Source: an uncultured Chitinophagaceae bacterium
GTDB lineage: Bacteria; Bacteroidota; Bacteroidia; Chitinophagales; Chitinophagaceae
Direction of reading: 5' to 3'
Assembly: GCA_963720535.1 (NCBI GenBank)
Contig: OY970398.1
Location: 3,879,868 to 3,943,867, forward strand
Length of the DNA stretch: 64,000 bases
Every line of letters begins with the position of its first letter. Positions within the stretch are counted from its first letter, which is position 1. The notes below the pieces were generated by a model, which was not told the DNA's origin, did no database searches, and was given only the letters and a program-made list of their open reading frames with translations. The translations under genes and the position numbers were made by a program. Shown here piece after piece: positions 9,786-18,380 of the stretch.

Positions 9786-11294
9786 TCAATCTACTACAAT
9801 GGTTACAACGCTTTTTGCAGGAATAACCAACTCTTTAAACGTTGCATTATTCTTTGCAAGACTTGCAGTTGCAGTTGTTGTGTACTTAATTATTTTTTTG
9901 TTGGAGAAGGTATTCGACTGGTTAGTTGCTACTAATTTTTCTTCAGCAGACTCATTTACAAAAACCAATATTAAGGTCCCTTTTCTAACATCTTTATAGG
10001 CTGAAACCAATAGGCTCTTGGAATTGATACCAACCTCAATTCTTTTCATTCCCGGCCTTACAAATCGGCTGTAATTACCCATGGCCCAGAGCATTTTACT
10101 GTCTGAAAAATTGCTATCGGTTTTACTTTTGCCTATATATATCAACCCATCCTTATAATCGTATGCTGAAATTGATGTCCACCATTGCCAGGCAGATGCA
10201 TTTGCAATGGCAAGATCTTCATACATCACTTTTGCCACATACAAAGCGGCATTCATACCAGTGTCTTTTTTATTGCCATTTATTTCCCCGTCATTTTCGC
10301 CTAAAATACAATATTCAGATTGCCAGTATTGCAGCCCTTTTATTTTGGAAATGCTGTTTTTGACCTCTGCTCTTAATGCTATAGCTTTTGCAAAAGGGGA
10401 AGTAGAAAAATAGCTGTGCGATGCGATGATTCGGCTAACATTTGGCAGGTTGCCAATATAATATGGCGATGCAGGGTTAAAGAAGTTATGCACCTGTTCA
10501 TCCTTATTCTTTTTATCATTGGCAAATAATAAATATTTGAGATCACCAGATTCTGCAACCAATAATTTTGTGTTTAGTTTTTTTTTCTGAAAACTTTTGC
10601 TGAATGTTTTTATAAGTGTACTAATTTGTTCATTGGTATATGGACAACCTTCCTGTCCGCCATCGCTCCAATCCCATTGCGGTTCATTAACAGGGCTTAT
10701 ATAGTCGAGTGTGATGCCAGTAGATTTTTTAATTTCTATGATGGCATTTACTGCATAATCTGCAAAATTTTGGTAATTATTACTATCAATATTGCATTGC
10801 CCTTTGTTGGAAAACGCTTTCCCATTTTTTGTAAGCAGCACAGGCGGGCTGTTAAAAAATCCAAGAAATTGCTGTACGCCTCTTTTTTTAGCTGCTGATA
10901 AAAACCAATTTTGCGCTGTAACTTTTTTGCTTTCTGAGTTTTGTTTAGCAGTGGTTAAGGCTGCCCTGCGCCACTCGTCTTTAATGCCACTTTCATTGCC
11001 TTGTTCTGCACTTCCTGCGCCGAGGTTATAACGCCATAAACTGAGACCAATACCTTTGGGATTGCCATTTAATAAAGTATCCATGCTAAAAAGTAAGTCT
11101 GCCATTGCATTCTTTTTTTCGTTGGGCCAATTGCCCACAAACTGGCAACTCCATGCATCCGATGCTCCAAAATTTTGAATGGTTTGATAGGTTTTTGATT
11201 CATCAATATGTAGCATGATTTTTTGCTGTGCAGTTGCCGTAAAAAAAATTAAGCATGCTGTTATAGAAAGGGTAAAGCGAATTGGTTTAAACAT
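9786..11294 (-). CDS. Glycoside hydrolase family 30 (subfamily unresolved; beta-1,6-galactanase/glucanase-like), secreted
   Basis: 502 aa with a signal peptide. Motifs seen: QNFGASDAWS, acid/base SPVNEPQW, and nucleophile region YWQSEYC. First gene of the GH30-GH35-GH27 string (gaps of 93 and 3 bp). Confidence 0.8.
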   Translation of the reverse strand: MFKPIRFTLSITACLIFFTATAQQKIMLHIDESKTYQTIQNFGASDAWSCQFVGNWPNEKKNAMADLLFSMDTLLNGNPKGIGLSLWRYNLGAGSAEQGNESGIKDEWRRAALTTAKQNSESKKVTAQNWFLSAAKKRGVQQFLGFFNSPPVLLTKNGKAFSNKGQCNIDSNNYQNFADYAVNAIIEIKKSTGITLDYISPVNEPQWDWSDGGQEGCPYTNEQISTLIKTFSKSFQKKKLNTKLLVAESGDLKYLLFANDKKNKDEQVHNFFNPASPYYIGNLPNVSRIIASHSYFSTSPFAKAIALRAEVKNSISKIKGLQYWQSEYCILGENDGEINGNKKDTGMNAALYVAKVMYEDLAIANASAWQWWTSISAYDYKDGLIYIGKSKTDSNFSDSKMLWAMGNYSRFVRPGMKRIEVGINSKSLLVSAYKDVRKGTLILVFVNESAEEKLVATNQSNTFSNKKIIKYTTTATASLAKNNATFKELVIPAKSVVTIVVD

Positions 11295-11351
11295 TATTTC
11301 ATCCCGATTTTTTATTAAAGCAATTATTCATTCACAAGTGTCGTATGTACA

Positions 11352-11397
11352 AGTAAAAATAAAATCCCGGCCTTACATAGTTGTAAAACCAGGATTT
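11352..11397 (-). terminator. Terminator-like imperfect hairpin followed by a T-run on the minus strand, upstream of the GH30 gene
   Basis: Plus strand reads AAATCCCGGCCTTACA-TAGT-TGTAAAACCAGGATTT, preceded by TAAAAATAAAA (a T-run when read on the minus strand). It lies between the IstB remnant and the GH30 start. Confidence 0.35.
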
Positions 11398-11578
11398 AGG
11401 GTAAACTGCTATGCTTACTATTATACTGAAAATATCAGCAAAACTGCCCCTTTCCGCCAGTCCATCTAATGTGAGCCTCTATTTTTTTTAAAAAATCGGG
11501 GTTAATTAGTGGCCTAAAAAATGGCAAAGAACTAGTTGCTTTTGCTTTTCAAACGTAGGTTTTTTTCTGTCTTTTTAA

Positions 11579-11755
11579 TTAAATAATTTTCTCGGTTTCT
11601 TCGGCGCTATTTTCCTTCTTTAGTTTTCGCAATGATTCTCCTTTTAACTCTACACGAACGAATTGATGTACAATCCTGTCGAGGATGGCATCCGCAATCG
11701 TTTGTTCTCCTATTACATCACACCCTTTTAATAAACACACAGGTAAATAATCGGT
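11579..11755 (-). mobile_element. Remnant (C-terminal ~58 codons) of an IS21-family IstB helper ATPase gene; no istA present
   Basis: The minus-strand frame reads TDYLPVCLLKGCDVIGEQTIADAILDRIVHQFVRVELKGESLRKLKKENSAEETEKII*. This matches the conserved IstB C-terminus (..ADAILDR..H....I.L.GES.R). An in-frame stop lies immediately upstream, with no start codon and no Walker motifs. Confidence 0.65.
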
Positions 11756-11791
11756 CTATCTTTTTTTTGTCGATTTTTTAAAAATAAGTAA

Positions 11792-11865
11792 TAATAAGCG
11801 TAAAAATGACATTTTTAATTCTGTATAACAAATTAATAAGCGTAAAAATGACATTTTTTAATTCT
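11792..11865. repeat. Direct duplication of a 31/32-nt element, each copy carrying a 17-bp palindrome
   Basis: TAATAAGCGTAAAAATGACATTTTTAATTCT occurs at 11792-11822 and again, with one extra T, at 11834-11865 (start-to-start 42 bp). The core TAAAAATG-A-CATTTTTA (11801-11817) is a perfect palindrome. Confidence 0.85.
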
Positions 11866-11920
11866 TTTTTAAGGAAAAAATTGAATTGAAATCAGGTGGA
11901 GCGAAAAAGAATTCTCTATA

Positions 11921-11940
11921 TTGTGCACACGATTGCACAA
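11921..11940. promoter_or_regulatory. 20-bp palindrome TTGTGCA-CACGAT-TGCACAA; candidate LacI-family operator at the regulator gene start
   Basis: Perfect 7-bp inverted arms with a 6-bp spacer containing CG. It overlaps the first possible TTG start codons of the LacI-type gene. Confidence 0.4.
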
Positions 11941-13039
11941 CTTGCTATTAAAAACCACCATACAAGATATCGCCCGGGAGTTAAACCTCACTTCGGGAAC
12001 CGTTTCAAGAGCATTGAATGATTATCCCCGTATAAGTACTGAAACAAAACTGTTGGTAAAGGCAAAAGCGATAGAACTCAATTATCAGCGAAACAGGGTT
12101 GCTTCATCTCTTCGGTCTGGAAAATCCTATACCATCGGAGTAATGATTCCAAGTGCTCAGATGAACTTTTTTGGATCCGTAGTACATGGAATTGAGATGA
12201 TGGCTAGTAGTAAAGGGTATAATATTTTATTGTACCAGACAGAGGAGACTACCCTGCTTGAAAAAAAGGGGATTGATGCATTCCTCGGAGCTAGGGTGGA
12301 TGGTATATTGGCAGCCCTTGCTAAAGAAACAACTGATTTTAGCCATTTCAAGGATTTATCTAGCAATTCAAAAAACGTACCCTTGGTTTTATTTGATAGA
12401 ACCATTGCCGATTTCAAAGTGCCGTCTGTAGTAATTGATGATTACCAGGGCGCTTTTATGGCAACAGAGCATTTAATAAAAAATGGGTATAAAAGAATCG
12501 CCCATGTTTCTGGCCCCCAACTGATATCAAGTTTTAAGAATCGACAGCAAGGATATTTAGACGCTTTGAAAGCAAATAATATGGCAATTGACAAAAAGCT
12601 AATTTATTCGGGCGATATATCTATTCAATGCGGAATTGAATCGGTGGAATATTTTTTTGGTTTGAAAAAAATTCCTGATGCAGTTTTTGCAGTAGAAGAT
12701 TACTCAGCTCTAGGAGTAATCAAAGGATTAAAAGAAAGGAAAGTAAATATGCCAAGAGATTTTGGAGTGATCGGTTTTGCCAACGAAAATTTTGGGGAAC
12801 ACATTAGTCCTTCCCTTTCTACAGTAGATCAACAAACGGTAGAAATGGGTAAAAAAGCAGTCGGCCTTTTGATTGAAATAATTAGTAAAGGCACAAAGAA
12901 GCCTAGTAAAAAAATCGAGAATATTGTTTTGCAGCCGCTATTAATCAATAGAGAATCCACTGCACATAGCACCTCATCAAAATTAAAAACTAAAAAAGTT
13001 AATTCCGGAATTTTCCAAACACAAAAACATAAGAAATAG
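11921..13039 (+). CDS. LacI-family transcriptional regulator (5-prime end uncertain; non-ATG start required)
   Basis: HTH reads TIQDIARELNLTSGTVSRALN, followed by a periplasmic-binding-protein-like sugar-binding core. There is no in-frame ATG upstream of the HTH. Possible TTG starts are at 11921, 11933 and 11942; 11942 gives MLLKTTIQDIA, the usual spacing for this family. Confidence 0.85.
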   Translation: MCTRLHNLLLKTTIQDIARELNLTSGTVSRALNDYPRISTETKLLVKAKAIELNYQRNRVASSLRSGKSYTIGVMIPSAQMNFFGSVVHGIEMMASSKGYNILLYQTEETTLLEKKGIDAFLGARVDGILAALAKETTDFSHFKDLSSNSKNVPLVLFDRTIADFKVPSVVIDDYQGAFMATEHLIKNGYKRIAHVSGPQLISSFKNRQQGYLDALKANNMAIDKKLIYSGDISIQCGIESVEYFFGLKKIPDAVFAVEDYSALGVIKGLKERKVNMPRDFGVIGFANENFGEHISPSLSTVDQQTVEMGKKAVGLLIEIISKGTKKPSKKIENIVLQPLLINRESTAHSTSSKLKTKKVNSGIFQTQKHKK

Positions 13040-13129
13040 CACTATGAATGAATCTTAAATTAAATTCTATCCTTAGAATTACGCAACCAAATCAACCAAT
13101 TCAACAACGAAATTTAAAAGCTTGCTACT

Positions 13130-16100
13130 ATGACTAAAAACATTAAACGTGTAAGGAAATTAGGCTCCTGGCTAGTTGTATTGTTCAGTTTATTACTGAC
13201 GATATCGGCACAGGCAAACAATCCATGGGCCAGCGGCCAGGATAAAAAAATAACCGGTAAAGTTACTGATGAAAATGGGAACCCATTAGCATCAGTATCT
13301 ATTTCACTCAAGGGTACAAAACTGGGGGTTCTAACAGACCAAAATGGTGTCTTTAGCATTTCTGTACCATCTGAGAAATCAGTTCTTGTAATATCACTTA
13401 TCGGATATGAAAAACAAGAATTAAGTGTTGGTAGTATCACTGAAATTGGTGTAAAACTAAAAGCTGCTGTTGGCAAACTCGATGATGTAGTAGTGGTAGG
13501 TTATGCCACTCAAAGGAAAGTTACTCTTACTGGTGCTGTTGCAGTTGTAAGAGGATCTGATCTTGCTAAATCACCTGCTACCAATCTTTCCAACTCTATT
13601 GCTGGTCGTTTACCGGGTGTAGTTGCTGTTAACGCAAGTGGAGAACCAGGATATGATGGATCTGCCATCCGTATTCGTGGGTCGAATACTTTGGGAAATA
13701 ACGATGCATTGATTGTTATTGACGGTGTACCAGCGCGTGCTGGAGGTTTTGACCGTTTAAATCCAATGGACATTGAAAGTATGTCTGTACTTAAAGATGC
13801 TTCTGGCGCTATTTATGGTGCAAGGGCTGCTAATGGTGTAATATTAATTACTACCAAGCGTGGTAAAACTGGCAAGCCTGAACTTTCCTATAGTCATAAT
13901 CAGGGCTGGGCTGCTCCTACTGTATTACCAAAAATGACAAATGCCATACAATACGCTACTATGGCGAATGAAATTGAATTATACAAACTTCCTGCGGCTG
14001 AATGGAGTGCAGCTAGTGCAGCATTTAAATCTACTGGAGTTTACAATTCTGTTGGAGGAAATGTAGTAACGGCTCCTTTTCTTCCAGACGATTTCAAAAA
14101 ATTTGCAGATGGTTCTGATCCATGGGGTCACCCCAATACAGACTGGTTTGCAACTGTGTTGAAACCATGGTCTCCACAATCGAAAGATAACCTTCAACTT
14201 TCAGGTGGAACAGAAAATGTAAAATACCTCGCTTCTTTGGGTTACCAAAACCAAGATGGATATTATAAAAATTCTGCTACCGGATACAAGCAGTATGATA
14301 TGCGCTTTAACTTAGACGCCAAAGTGAATAAATACATCAATACTTCTTTGGGTATTGTTGCTCGTCAAGAAAATCGTTTCTTCCCTACTAAAGGTGCAGG
14401 ATCTATTTTTAGAATGTTAATGAGAGGCTATCCTACTAAAAACGCCATCTGGCCAAATGGTCAAGCTGCTCCAGATATTGAGAATGGAGAACAGCCCGTG
14501 GTTATTACAACCAATCAAACAGGGTACGATAAAGATACCCGTTATTATTACCAAACCAATGCTAAGATCGAGATAACGAATCCCTGGGTTAAAGGTTTGA
14601 AATTTACCTTGAATGCTTCTTTGGATAAAACCATTCAGGAAACTAAAACATGGGTAAAACCTTGGTATATCTATAACTGGAGTGGATTTGCAGCAGATGG
14701 TGTTACACCAATCATGACAGCAGTTAAAAAAGGACCTGCTACCCAAGCTACTCTTAATCAGGGTAACACCGATCAGTTGAACGTAATGTTGGAAGCTGTT
14801 GGATCTTATGAGCATTCTTTCAAAGACCATAACTTCACAGTGCTTGCGGGTGTAACTAAAGAAACTTCTAACGCCAGTTATTTTAATGCCTACCGTCAAT
14901 ATTATGCTTCTACAGCAATTGATCAAATATTTGCAGGTGGATTGAGTAACCAGCAAACAGGTGGTGCTTCTTGGGAGCGCGCACGTTTAAATTATTTTGG
15001 ACGTGTTGGGTATAATTATAAAGAAAAGTATATTGCCGAGTTCCTTTGGCGCGAAGATGGTTCTTACATGTTTCCAGAAGCTAAACGCTTTGGTTTCTTT
15101 CCAGGGGTAACAGCCGGTTGGAGAATTTCAGAAGAAAATTTCTTCAAAAACAATGTAAAATTCATCAATACCTTGAAAGTTCGTGGTTCGTGGGGCCAGT
15201 TGGGTAATGATCAGGTTTATTTCAATGGTAGTTTAAGAGAGTATGATTATCTGCCAACCTATGCTTACGGTAGCTATGTAGCCGGAAACTCGGTAGTTCA
15301 AACTTTAAGAGAAAACGGTATCCCTAATCCAAATCTTACATGGGAAGTTGCCAATAATTTCAACTTAGGTTTAGAAGGTTCAGTTTTGGATAGCAAATTA
15401 ACATTTGAATTTGATGTATTCCAAAATCATCGGTCAAACATATTATGGAGAAGAAATGCCTCTATTCCTACTTCTACAGGTTTAACATTGCCAGCAGAAA
15501 ATATTGGTAAAGTTGACAACAAAGGATGGGAGTTTAAAGTAGGTTATAATAATGCAATAGGCGATCTGCATTACAATGTAGGTATCAATGGTGGATTTTC
15601 TAAAAATAAAATTGTATTCTGGGATGAAACTCCAGGAAGACCTGATTATCAATTGTCTACCGGAAAGCCAATGCCTAGTAATGTAAATAATCCAGATGAC
15701 CAGTTGGTTTATATTTATGATGGTGTATTTAAAGATGCTGCTGAGGTTGCTGCCAATAAACTTGATTATAGTGGTGTAGGTGGCGCTGGAAAACTTTTCC
15801 CCGGTAGTATGAAGTTTAAGGATGTAAACGGTGACGGAAAAATAGATGGCAACGATAGAGTTAGAAGTGATAAAAACCAGACACCAACTTTCCAAGGAGG
15901 TTTAACCATTGGATTGCAGTACAAAAGCTTTGATCTTAATCTGCTGCTCCAAGCTTCTACGGGAGCGCAACTGTTTATACAAACAGAAACAGGTACTATT
16001 GGTAATTTTCTACAGGATACCTATGATCATCGCTGGACTGTTGATAATCCAAGTTCTGTATATCCTCGTACGGTTGATAGAAATAATCAGTACTTCTCAA

Positions 16101-16345
16101 ATCGTAATACTTTTTACATGCAAAGTTCCGACTATATACGTCTTAAAAACTTTGAGCTAGGTTATACACTTCCTTCAAGCATTGGAAAAAAGTATGGTAT
16201 CAGTCGTTTAAGGATATATATAAATGGCTTGAATTTGGCTACTTGGACGAATCTGAAAGTTTATGACCCAGAATCGCAAAATAGCGACGGACATTATTAT
16301 CCGCAGTCTAAAATTATCAATACAGGCATAAACATAACCTTCTAA
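13130..16345 (+). CDS. SusC/RagA-family TonB-dependent outer-membrane transporter
   Basis: 1071 aa. Signal peptide, then a carboxypeptidase-regulatory-like domain (ITGKVTDENGNPLASVSISLKGT), a plug region (VVVVGYATQRKVTLTGAV...IRIRGSNTLGNNDALIVIDG), and a barrel ending INITF. There is no N-terminal STN/anti-sigma extension. Confidence 0.92.
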   Translation: MTKNIKRVRKLGSWLVVLFSLLLTISAQANNPWASGQDKKITGKVTDENGNPLASVSISLKGTKLGVLTDQNGVFSISVPSEKSVLVISLIGYEKQELSVGSITEIGVKLKAAVGKLDDVVVVGYATQRKVTLTGAVAVVRGSDLAKSPATNLSNSIAGRLPGVVAVNASGEPGYDGSAIRIRGSNTLGNNDALIVIDGVPARAGGFDRLNPMDIESMSVLKDASGAIYGARAANGVILITTKRGKTGKPELSYSHNQGWAAPTVLPKMTNAIQYATMANEIELYKLPAAEWSAASAAFKSTGVYNSVGGNVVTAPFLPDDFKKFADGSDPWGHPNTDWFATVLKPWSPQSKDNLQLSGGTENVKYLASLGYQNQDGYYKNSATGYKQYDMRFNLDAKVNKYINTSLGIVARQENRFFPTKGAGSIFRMLMRGYPTKNAIWPNGQAAPDIENGEQPVVITTNQTGYDKDTRYYYQTNAKIEITNPWVKGLKFTLNASLDKTIQETKTWVKPWYIYNWSGFAADGVTPIMTAVKKGPATQATLNQGNTDQLNVMLEAVGSYEHSFKDHNFTVLAGVTKETSNASYFNAYRQYYASTAIDQIFAGGLSNQQTGGASWERARLNYFGRVGYNYKEKYIAEFLWREDGSYMFPEAKRFGFFPGVTAGWRISEENFFKNNVKFINTLKVRGSWGQLGNDQVYFNGSLREYDYLPTYAYGSYVAGNSVVQTLRENGIPNPNLTWEVANNFNLGLEGSVLDSKLTFEFDVFQNHRSNILWRRNASIPTSTGLTLPAENIGKVDNKGWEFKVGYNNAIGDLHYNVGINGGFSKNKIVFWDETPGRPDYQLSTGKPMPSNVNNPDDQLVYIYDGVFKDAAEVAANKLDYSGVGGAGKLFPGSMKFKDVNGDGKIDGNDRVRSDKNQTPTFQGGLTIGLQYKSFDLNLLLQASTGAQLFIQTETGTIGNFLQDTYDHRWTVDNPSSVYPRTVDRNNQYFSNRNTFYMQSSDYIRLKNFELGYTLPSSIGKKYGISRLRIYINGLNLATWTNLKVYDPESQNSDGHYYPQSKIINTGINITF

Positions 16346-16355
16346 ATTTATATTA

Positions 16356-18203
16356 ATGAAAAAAGTAATCAAAAAAATAATAATCCCACTGTGTTTAGTG
16401 ATCTTGGTTACATCATGTAAGAAAGATTTTCTGAATACACAACCGCTCGATAAAGCGGCGGCAGCATCCACGTGGTCGGATGCCTCACTTTCTGAAATGT
16501 TTGTTACTGATCTATATAATGGCATTCAAGAAGGGTACATGCAACAAAACAGTTTGGATAACCAGACCGATAACTGCCTCTTCAATTTCGGAAGTCAAAT
16601 TATCATGGAAGCCGGTATTAGCCCTTCTAATGTTGGAGGTATACCAGGTACCATGGAATGGGGAAATATGTATGGAAAAATAAGGGCAGCCAATCTGGCC
16701 TTAGAAAACCTATCTACATCTTCCATCGATGCAAGTGTGATTGCCCGATTAAAGGGAGAAAGTTATTTCATGCGTGGTTATTACTATAATCAATTGCTTA
16801 GGTATTATGGTGGCGTTCCAATCATTAAGTCTTCTTATCTTTTGAGTGCTCCAGACTTTTCTATGGCTAGAAGTACTTATGCTGCATGTGTAACATCAAT
16901 CGTTAGTGATTTGGATTCAGCAGCTTTATTGCTGGATGGTAAAACAATGGCTCTTGGACGTGCTTCAAAAACTGCGGCATTGGCACTTAAATCAAGGGTA
17001 TTGATTAATGCTGCTAGTGATTTGCACGATAAAACTAAGGCTGCGGCAAAATCAGCTCTTTTAGGTGGATTTGCAAACTATGAATTATTGGGTTATACAA
17101 GCGGGGATCAAGCTTCACGTTGGACAGCAGCAAAGGCTGCTGCCAAAGCTGTATTAGATTTAGGAGACTTTGGCTACAAATTAGATCTGGCAGCACCTCA
17201 ATCTAAAGCTGATGCTATTGCAGATCACATTAAACTAGGTTTAGCTAGAGGTGGTGCAGAAAAAGAAGTTTTTTTTGCTAAATATTATATCAATGCATCT
17301 ACTGATGATTGGGGCGCTTGGTATCCAAGAAACAACATGCCCAATGGCTACCATGGCTGGTCTTCTACAGAACCTACCCAAAACTTGGTAGACAATTATG
17401 AAATGATGGATGGTACAAAGTTTGATTGGAGTAATCCAACTCAAGCAGCTGCCCCTTATGAAAACAGAGATCCGCGTTTTTATGCTGATATTTTTTATGA
17501 TGGCTGCCCATGGAAACCTCGTACAACCGATGGAGCTGCAATTGATCCTTATGGAGAATTACAGTTTGGTACCTACGAAACTGGTACCGCAGGAGCAGGA
17601 GTACCATATTTTGGACTTGATACAAGGAACAGTAATATCGAAAACTGGAATGGTACAAGAACAGGATATGTAATTAAAAAATTCATGGATCCCAATCCGG
17701 CTATTGTTGACATGAACCAAAAACAAGAGGTTCCAACAGTACTGCTTAGACAAACTGAAGTCGTGTTTAATTACATTGAAGCTTGTCTTGAAACAGGTGA
17801 CGAAGCCACTGCTAGAACATGGCTTAACAAAATCCGCTTTAGGGCAGGTTTGCCTGCCACAACTTTAACTGGTAGTGACTTAGTAAATCTGTACCGCAAT
17901 GAACGTAATCTTGAAATGCTTGTAGAAGACCAACGCTTTTTTGATGCGAGGCGCTGGATGATTGCACCAACAACATTTGGTCAAAAAGTAAGGATTATGG
18001 TTATTAATGGAAAACTGAAAGCTGGAAAAACCGTAGCAACTTACCGCTATAACAAAGACAATTACGATTACACTTACCATGTACAAAATATTGAATCAGG
18101 TGTAGAGAATCGCGCTTGGAACGATAAGATTTACTTTCCTCCAATTAGATTGGATGAAATGAATAAGAATAAAAAACTTATTCAAAATCCAGGGTATCAA
18201 TAG
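16356..18203 (+). CDS. SusD/RagB-family nutrient-binding outer-membrane lipoprotein
   Basis: 615 aa with lipobox LVTSC. Starts 10 bp after SusC and shows SusD-like helical repeat sequence (YFMRGYYYNQLLRYYGGVP). Confidence 0.92.
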   Translation: MKKVIKKIIIPLCLVILVTSCKKDFLNTQPLDKAAAASTWSDASLSEMFVTDLYNGIQEGYMQQNSLDNQTDNCLFNFGSQIIMEAGISPSNVGGIPGTMEWGNMYGKIRAANLALENLSTSSIDASVIARLKGESYFMRGYYYNQLLRYYGGVPIIKSSYLLSAPDFSMARSTYAACVTSIVSDLDSAALLLDGKTMALGRASKTAALALKSRVLINAASDLHDKTKAAAKSALLGGFANYELLGYTSGDQASRWTAAKAAAKAVLDLGDFGYKLDLAAPQSKADAIADHIKLGLARGGAEKEVFFAKYYINASTDDWGAWYPRNNMPNGYHGWSSTEPTQNLVDNYEMMDGTKFDWSNPTQAAAPYENRDPRFYADIFYDGCPWKPRTTDGAAIDPYGELQFGTYETGTAGAGVPYFGLDTRNSNIENWNGTRTGYVIKKFMDPNPAIVDMNQKQEVPTVLLRQTEVVFNYIEACLETGDEATARTWLNKIRFRAGLPATTLTGSDLVNLYRNERNLEMLVEDQRFFDARRWMIAPTTFGQKVRIMVINGKLKAGKTVATYRYNKDNYDYTYHVQNIESGVENRAWNDKIYFPPIRLDEMNKNKKLIQNPGYQ

Positions 18204-18229
18204 TAATTAATGACTTAATTTTTTCAACT

Positions 18230-18259
18230 GCGCCGGATATTTTCCGGCGTAGTTTTTTG
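18230..18259 (+). terminator. Rho-independent terminator-like hairpin after susD
   Basis: GCGCCGGA-TATTT-TCCGGCGT followed by AGTTTTTTG. Confidence 0.6.
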
Positions 18260-18380
18260 TTTAAGCAAGTTGTTTTATGACTAACTAATTTCAAACGTTT
18301 AATCACTAAATAGTGTTAAATAAAAAACTATATTCGTGTTAGTAGTTTTCCATTTTTTTTACATTTAAATACCAGCTTCA

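Noticed and set aside
11215-11469. 84-aa plus-strand ORF spanning the GH30 start and the upstream hairpin.
   Set aside because: It overlaps the GH30 N-terminus antisense, runs through a terminator-like hairpin, and has no recognisable motifs.
11792-11865. Possibility that the direct repeats here, or at 58283-58353, are a small CRISPR array.
   Set aside because: There are only two copies each. At 58283 the repeats abut with no spacer, and at 11792 they are separated by 11 nt. No cas genes are in the window and no further repeat units were seen.
14417-14956. 179-aa ORF antisense to SusC. Similar long antisense ORFs occur at 15482-15895, 13114-13476, 48008-48475, 46758-47126, 60969-61589, 21054-21434, 49560-49955, 55577-55969 and 1969-2364.
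   Set aside because: All lie fully inside, and antisense to, genes with strong family-level motifs. Their translations are low-complexity or Cys/Ile/Phe-rich with no recognisable domains, and they lack plausible start contexts. They are typical shadow ORFs.
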